Assembly (NCBI GenBank): GCA_965228855.1
Contig: CBDDIJ010000002.1
Location: 1,536,001-1,600,000 of the forward strand
Length of the DNA stretch: 64,000 nucleotides
Reading direction: 5' to 3'
DNA from: Candidatus Obscuribacterales bacterium
Lineage (GTDB): Bacteria > Cyanobacteriota > Vampirovibrionia > Obscuribacterales > Obscuribacteraceae
Numbering within the stretch: the stretch's first letter is position 1; every line of letters starts with the position of its first letter. The notes under the pieces were generated by a model. The model had not been told where the DNA came from and searched no databases. It saw nothing but the letters and a program-made list of their open reading frames with translations. Positions 58,226 through 64,000 of the stretch are shown here, piece by piece. A program made the translations under genes and the position numbers.

Positions 58226-60742
58226 TTACTTGCTCGGAATTGTAATCACTTCGCTGTCAGTGGCGCGGGGCGCCTTCGGGTCTCTATGCGCTTCTTCATC
58301 GGTGAACAGATACGGATAGACTGCGCCTTGATATCGTTTTTCACCTGGTGCAGGCGGTGTCATCGCGCTCTTAGGCATGATGTTTCTGCTGTCGATGACT
58401 TTGTGGACGGGCATCAGGTGAGTCTGGTGACGCTCCGCTCTGGATATGGCAAAGCTGGAGGCCTGCGGACCGCTCGCCGGTTGAGTGCCGGTTGCGCTGC
58501 TGCCGTTGCCGTCAACAGTCGGTGCGTTCGCGCCGTCTTTCGTCTCGGCAACCTTGTCGACCTTTTCGAGTTGTTCTTCGCCTGGAATTGTCGTCACTAT
58601 TTCATCTGACGCCGTATTTTTCTTGCCCAGGACGGAACTCACTTGCCGGGAAGCAACTACCCATACGCTTTCCAGAACGCTTAAGTTGGCTAGAACCATT
58701 ATGACGCAGATTGCACCAATTACACTGCTTGCCACCACGCGCAGTAGCACTTTCTTCGGCGCTTCTTTGCCCCGCCCTTCTGCGAATGTTTCAGCTATTT
58801 TGGTTGAAACCGTCAGAGACTGCTCGACTTGCGTGCTTCTCAGTGCCATCAGCTTCGTCATCGTCGAGTTGAGTTTAGACTTATTGCGTTTGGTCTTCTT
58901 GTGCTTTTTAAATTTCTTGATTTGCTCTCGTTCTCTCTCCCTTTCCAGATCGAGTTCTAGCTGGGGAGTCTCTTTCTTTGGCGGCTGGGCGACGGATGCC
59001 TCCATGCCTGGAAGTGCTTGCAGTGCAGGTAGACGTGCAACACGGGAAAAACGACCGGAGAGTTCCTGATCACCTGTCGAAGGCTCTTTCGGAAATGATT
59101 GAGCGGGCGTCGTGCCGGGAGGAGTTGAAAAGGCGGGCGTGGAACCAGCTATGCCGAAACCGGGGGGCGGTTCAATCCCGAAGTTCGGTGCTGGCGCGAT
59201 GTCGGGAACCGCGAAGTTTGATTCCTGCTCTGATTGATTTCCCTCGATGTCGAATTCTGCGTCCGAAATATCTGCACCAAATCCGGTGGCTTTCGGTAGT
59301 TCCGCAACTGCATCAAGGTTGCTCGATGATATGCTCGCTTGAGCCAGCGTGGATGGTTCCGGTTGTGCGAGCGCTGGTTCGGTCTCCGCGACACTGTCAT
59401 CATGTTCTTCGTCAAGCTCGTCGATGTAATCCAGCTCGTCTTCACCTGGTTGATAAGTCTGGTCAAGTTGTCTTACAACGATGCCTATTTCCGAGATCGG
59501 CTGATCGGAAGGCTGAAAATTGCCGTCATCTGCTTGTGCTTCGAGCTCCGCCAGCGCAGTCTGAGCCTGTTCGAAAGATTCGTCACCGGAGTCAATTTCT
59601 CCGGCTTCAGCTTCTATGATTCCTTCAGTTCCAGCTTCTACCGACTCCAATTCGCTTGATTCGTTTGCGCTGTAATCAGTTTCGCCTGATTCAGTTTCGC
59701 CGGTTTCGAATTCGCTTGAATCAATCTCGCTGTAATCGTGTTCAGCTGATTCAGTTTCGTTGAGTTCGTAAGATTCTGCTTCCGAGTCGCCGGATTCGTA
59801 TGCTCCCGATCCTTCTCCTGCCTCCGATTCCTCGGATTCGTATTCTCCCGATTCCTCTACGGTTTCGTCTTCATCGTCGTCATCAACAATTGACTGATAC
59901 CATTCGCGGACACCGCGTTTAAAATCACGGATCGATGGGGTGCGTTCGTCCGGATCCAAACGCAATGCCCGTTCTAGCACTAAGCTCAGTTTTTCAGCCT
60001 CCGGAATGTCTGGGCGGTACTCTCCAACCGGGGATAGTTGTGTGCCATCACCTTCGGTGCCATAGGGAAGAAAACCGGTTATGAGCTGATAGGCGACTGC
60101 GGCGACGGAGAAGACGTCAGACTTTTCCGTGGTCTCGCCTTTGAGCTGCTCCGGCGCCATATACGTGGTGCGCAGGCGGTCAGGAGTTTCCGGAAGTTCG
60201 CGGCTACTGTTGGTGGCGCCAAAGTCGGCGATTTTAACTAGAATTGACTCGTCCGGTTGAGTGATGACTATATTTGCCGGTGTCAGTCCACCGTGGATCA
60301 TTCCTTCGCTGTGTGCGTACTCCAGGGCATCACAGACTTGTATCAAGAAGGTTGTGATCTCTTCGTCATCTTCGAGGGTTCCAACCTCATCAACTAACTG
60401 ATCGAGATTCACGCCCTCAAGGAACTCGGTTATGAAGACCGGTTCGCCAGACTCCGAAATCCGCCAGTCGACGGTTTGAACTATATTCTTATGTTGTAAG
60501 CGTCCATGTTCGAGAATTGCCTGGTGAAATCGCTCCTGAACCTCTGGAGACGATTCTTTCAGTACTTTTGCCAGGAGGTGGTGGCCGGTATCAATTTCTC
60601 GAATTATTTCGACGACGCTGTGGGCGGTTTCGGCCAGAGGTCCAATAATCACATAGTTATCCGACAGCGCGCGCGACTCGTGGGTGTCGGAGCCGCCAGC
60701 CATTGCCATAGAATTTGCCTTCAGATTGTTGCCTTCGTCCAA
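58226..60742 (-). CDS. membrane-anchored Ser/Thr pseudokinase with long acidic linker
   Basis: Kinase fold motifs (LAKVL, HKNIV, DFG, YMAPEQ, SDVFS) but HGGLTPAN in place of HRDLKPxN; TM near the C-terminus. Confidence 0.85.
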   Translation of the reverse strand: MDEGNNLKANSMAMAGGSDTHESRALSDNYVIIGPLAETAHSVVEIIREIDTGHHLLAKVLKESSPEVQERFHQAILEHGRLQHKNIVQTVDWRISESGEPVFITEFLEGVNLDQLVDEVGTLEDDEEITTFLIQVCDALEYAHSEGMIHGGLTPANIVITQPDESILVKIADFGATNSSRELPETPDRLRTTYMAPEQLKGETTEKSDVFSVAAVAYQLITGFLPYGTEGDGTQLSPVGEYRPDIPEAEKLSLVLERALRLDPDERTPSIRDFKRGVREWYQSIVDDDDEDETVEESGEYESEESEAGEGSGAYESGDSEAESYELNETESAEHDYSEIDSSEFETGETESGETDYSANESSELESVEAGTEGIIEAEAGEIDSGDESFEQAQTALAELEAQADDGNFQPSDQPISEIGIVVRQLDQTYQPGEDELDYIDELDEEHDDSVAETEPALAQPEPSTLAQASISSSNLDAVAELPKATGFGADISDAEFDIEGNQSEQESNFAVPDIAPAPNFGIEPPPGFGIAGSTPAFSTPPGTTPAQSFPKEPSTGDQELSGRFSRVARLPALQALPGMEASVAQPPKKETPQLELDLEREREREQIKKFKKHKKTKRNKSKLNSTMTKLMALRSTQVEQSLTVSTKIAETFAEGRGKEAPKKVLLRVVASSVIGAICVIMVLANLSVLESVWVVASRQVSSVLGKKNTASDEIVTTIPGEEQLEKVDKVAETKDGANAPTVDGNGSSATGTQPASGPQASSFAISRAERHQTHLMPVHKVIDSRNIMPKSAMTPPAPGEKRYQGAVYPYLFTDEEAHRDPKAPRATDSEVITIPSK

Positions 60743-60874
60743 GACTTCTGGAACCCCAACGCCTTTAAAGGGTAGTTGACGGAGACTGCATATAATGGAT
60801 AAGATTGAATATTAGACGCGCTTAATTAATGCCACTTAATAATCCTATCAAAACGCTGCTCCTGTCGCAAACAT

Positions 60875-62917
60875 ATGAATAGAAAAACTTCGAGAAAACC
60901 GCATGGCAACATGCTTGTTCTGATGATCGCTTTCACCGCCACAATTGTGTTGGCGCTTTTGTTCTTCGCATTGGGCTTCGTTCGGTTGACTGGAACTCAA
61001 TTCGAGCAGAAGACTGCGATTGAAGCTGCTGCTTTGGCTGCCGCTCGAGAGATGAGCAATATAGTTATAACGAATAATGATTTCGGTTATGTCGGTCTAT
61101 CTGATTCTGCTCCTGTCGGCGCTGGTACCCAGGCCGGCGACAGCTATTATACTCAGGTGCATGGTCTGAACACACTGGTCGGGACGACACTCCTCGATTA
61201 CATCATTGCCGATGAGCTTGGAGTGGATGAGATGAAACGGCTCGCCCTCGTCGACTGGGGTCATGTTAAGACTGCCGGCGATCAGTTGCAGGCTGAGCTC
61301 ACTCGTTGTACCGCGGCGGGCCAGACTGCCTTTGATAAGGATGGCGTGGTTCTCAATCCTTATAAGGCTGCTGAGGATGCTTACCGCGCCAACCAGGTTC
61401 GCATGACTGGTAAGTCGAACTACAAAGCCGGTTCGATGGTACTCAATCTTGGCACCATCGATGGTATGGTCACGAACATCAAGACGCCGACGGGTTGGAC
61501 AAATGCGTTCAACGCAGGCTCAACCAAGGGTGGTTACTACGTAGCGTACAAACCAGTCAATTTCGACGGACGGACCTGGGTCTTCGCTGGAGTCGGCGAT
61601 GCAATGAGGCTAGTCGATCCCAGCAAATTTCGGAATTCGGCAACCGGAGTGCCGTGGCAAGTTAAGACGATCGTCCGCGCGGAAGCTATTCAGCAGCTTA
61701 ACGACGATGGCATCGTAGCGAATACAAAATCCGTTGCTTGTGCTCAGCCCGCCAGTGTTTTCGACCCTAAGCCAGCGCCAGGAGCGCTTGTCGTATCGTT
61801 CCCGGATGGTCCGCCTAACGGTCCGTGCACAATGGCAAAAGTGTTCGACTTGTATGGCAGCTGCCTGGCTGACGGCGACGACGACTCGGACGTATACATG
61901 GCGAAGAACGGAGATTATCCGGTCGACGCCACATCATCGATTGTTCCTGATCCGAACTGGCCAATTCCCAGCGACCCTGGTAGGCAGGCTGCCAACGCTG
62001 ACAAGATCGCAGTTTACGACTGGCTCAAACGAGCCGGTACCAAAGCAGACGTAGCATCTGTTGTGGGCATGCATAGCTGGCCTTTCAATCCGCCCAGCCC
62101 CGCCACAGTTAACTGGCCGCCCGGCGGTGCCGCTGGTGCGAAGCCGATTCCGAATGGTGTCGCTCACATTTACAGGTTCAACCCGAACGGAACTGTTAAC
62201 TATCAGTCGAAAAACTGTCTACCAGCGCCGTTTTACATTGTGTCTGACCAGCAAATGCTGGTTGAGTCGTTCGAGGCAATCTCTCAAGGAGCTAACTCGA
62301 CCCTGCAAGTCAAGCCTATCGACCTGGGTCCGCCCATTATGGATAGCGACGGCGAAGTTAACTTGACCACCAAATTCGACCTGTACATCAGAGACTATGC
62401 TCGACGCCCGGGCACCCTTCACGGGGGGCAACATTCGGGCGAACCCATGGATGATCCGCTCGTTTCATACAAGAAGGAAGCGCCGAAAGTTGCAGTTCAA
62501 TTGACCAAAGATGGCACCGGGATTGGTACTAACAGTCAGGTGAGCTTCGGCGGGCTTGGTGCTATGCCGCGGGGTCCGAATTCAGGTAATGGTCAGGGTT
62601 CACTGCCGCTAATTCTTCCACAGGAGGATTTTGCGTTTTACTGGACTGGCTCAACCATGCAGCTTCTGCGCGATCCATCCGTGTATAAGTCATACACACC
62701 TGGAAGCGGACTGCGCCCGACATATAGAACCAATGGTGTCGTATGCGATATCAGAATGCGCCGGCAAGTTCAGGTCAGGGATGAGACCACGGTAGAGATT
62801 CCAGTCACGGATCCGACCACGGGCTCTGCAGTTGTCGATCCTGTAACCGGCCTTCCTACAACCACTTCTTCGACGACTTCAACGAAGTCTGATGTTGGAT
62901 ACATCGGAATTAAGTAG
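60875..62917 (+). CDS. TadG-like pilus-associated protein with large C-terminal domain
   Basis: Basic leader RKPHG|NMLVL, hydrophobic helix, Q.AIEAAALAAA Tad motif. Confidence 0.72.
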   Translation: MNRKTSRKPHGNMLVLMIAFTATIVLALLFFALGFVRLTGTQFEQKTAIEAAALAAAREMSNIVITNNDFGYVGLSDSAPVGAGTQAGDSYYTQVHGLNTLVGTTLLDYIIADELGVDEMKRLALVDWGHVKTAGDQLQAELTRCTAAGQTAFDKDGVVLNPYKAAEDAYRANQVRMTGKSNYKAGSMVLNLGTIDGMVTNIKTPTGWTNAFNAGSTKGGYYVAYKPVNFDGRTWVFAGVGDAMRLVDPSKFRNSATGVPWQVKTIVRAEAIQQLNDDGIVANTKSVACAQPASVFDPKPAPGALVVSFPDGPPNGPCTMAKVFDLYGSCLADGDDDSDVYMAKNGDYPVDATSSIVPDPNWPIPSDPGRQAANADKIAVYDWLKRAGTKADVASVVGMHSWPFNPPSPATVNWPPGGAAGAKPIPNGVAHIYRFNPNGTVNYQSKNCLPAPFYIVSDQQMLVESFEAISQGANSTLQVKPIDLGPPIMDSDGEVNLTTKFDLYIRDYARRPGTLHGGQHSGEPMDDPLVSYKKEAPKVAVQLTKDGTGIGTNSQVSFGGLGAMPRGPNSGNGQGSLPLILPQEDFAFYWTGSTMQLLRDPSVYKSYTPGSGLRPTYRTNGVVCDIRMRRQVQVRDETTVEIPVTDPTTGSAVVDPVTGLPTTTSSTTSTKSDVGYIGIK

Positions 62918-62958
62918 GGCTAAAACAGCAACAATTTTGGAGAACGATTAACCAAAGG

Positions 62959-62988
62959 ACCGGCGGGGAGAAATCTTCGCCGGTTTTT
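62959..62988 (+). terminator. intrinsic terminator
   Basis: ACCGGCGGGGA-GAAA-TCTTCGCCGGT followed by TTTT. Confidence 0.8.
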
Positions 62989-63050
62989 GCATACAGCCCG
63001 TTTTTCCTGCAAGCATTCTCGTTTCCAAATCCTTTTTCTGAGCGGAGTTT

Positions 63051-63785
63051 TCACTCCGAGTCTTTCGACGTGTCCGCACCGGTCAGTTCTATGTATTTCG
63101 AGAAAGCCTGCTCAACTAGCTGTTCATGAGAAGGTTTGTCGGTAAGATGTTCTTCTAAATCATCCAGAACTTCAGAGACCCGATTGATCTTTTCGACAGT
63201 CACCAGGTGATAGCCCTGACAGATTTCATCACTGATCGCCTCGACGGCTTTGGCGCAGGCGTCCTTAACTGTTCTGCCGGACGCCTGAAACGATCTGTGG
63301 AAAACATTTTTCGCAGAATTGTTAGCCACCTTTTCGGCGTCAGCATAAACGCGCTTGCAGATCAGTACATGAGAGTTCTCATGGGCGACAACTTCCTCCG
63401 GTGCATCCTTTGAGATGTAGATGGTGATGGGCGCGTCGAGGCTGATCTTGACGGAAGTTGGTTTAATGGTGACTAAGTAGTCCGGGTCAATCAAGTCTTG
63501 TTGCGTGATATCGAATGCGATATCAGTTGTGCATCCGAAACTCCAGGAGGTTAACGCTTCCTCTCCGTGCTTCAAGATTTTTGTTTTGTCCGGAAGGTCT
63601 TCAATGTATTTTGTCGAAACCTGCATCGGTGCTTTGTTTATCATTATACGAGAACCGAGACTGCAAGCGCTCAAAACAGCAAGTGCCGATAGAACTGTAG
63701 CTGAAGCTAGCACTGTATGTAGTGGCAGTCGGTTAGTCTTGCGAAATCTGTTTTCTATTTGAAGGCGCAAAGTCGCACTCTCCAA
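63051..63785 (-). CDS. putative lipoprotein with HExxH motif (DUF922-like zinc peptidase)
   Basis: LSAC lipobox, VVAHENSHVLI. Confidence 0.65.
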   Translation of the reverse strand: MESATLRLQIENRFRKTNRLPLHTVLASATVLSALAVLSACSLGSRIMINKAPMQVSTKYIEDLPDKTKILKHGEEALTSWSFGCTTDIAFDITQQDLIDPDYLVTIKPTSVKISLDAPITIYISKDAPEEVVAHENSHVLICKRVYADAEKVANNSAKNVFHRSFQASGRTVKDACAKAVEAISDEICQGYHLVTVEKINRVSEVLDDLEEHLTDKPSHEQLVEQAFSKYIELTGADTSKDSE

Positions 63786-63791
63786 TTAAAC

Positions 63792-64000
63792 TCACTTGCT
63801 CTCTGCGATGTGTCCTGCGTTGCTTGTGCGTGTCTGGTACTGCGTTTCGACGACGCGCTTAAAAGTTTTGACAATATCTTTTTGAATGAATTTCAAACTG
63901 ACTAACGCAATTGATTTTGGAATCGCATCTGATGTTGACTCAAGAGTATATTTTACCTTGCAGAAGTTACCGGTGCTGTCTGGTGCCAACTCCCAGCATC
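63792..64000 (-). CDS. 3' part of a gene entering from outside the window (SRPBCC/START-like C-terminus)
   Basis: Frame open to the window edge (…CWELAPDSTGNFCKVKYTLES…) ending in an amphipathic helix. Confidence 0.5.
   Translation of the reverse strand, partial: CWELAPDSTGNFCKVKYTLESTSDAIPKSIALVSLKFIQKDIVKTFKRVVETQYQTRTSNAGHIAESK

Overview
A 64 kb bacterial chromosomal segment with no integrase, transposase, cas, reverse transcriptase or phage structural gene that I could recognise. Housekeeping genes include mdh, tpiA, tRNA-Ser(GGA), prfA-prmC, hslO, rpmB, recG, cobS, hutH, a PatA-like aminotransferase, tRNA-Val(CAC) and an FtsH paralogue. They are interspersed with lineage-specific signalling and surface genes: three intact Hanks-type Ser/Thr kinases, one pseudokinase, several TPR proteins, two Tad pseudopilin-like proteins, a giant LysM protein and an MglA GTPase with no neighbouring mglB. 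The cyanobacterial-type RecG N-terminus, the absence of photosynthesis genes and this gene repertoire suggest Vampirovibrionia/Melainabacteria (Obscuribacterales-like); that assignment is inference only. The best candidate for a new system is a duplicated module at 26.7-37.5 kb: a transmembrane kinase (tandem CxxC...CxC zinc-finger-like N-terminus, LRR ectodomain) paired with a secreted two-domain protein, next to the orphan MglA. Other highlights are a structured RNA candidate upstream of ftsH and a T-arm-like element downstream of it, three apparent pseudo-enzymes, a frameshifted TPR gene, and tandem repeats sitting at gene 3' ends. All homology calls come from motif recognition by eye; no database search was run.
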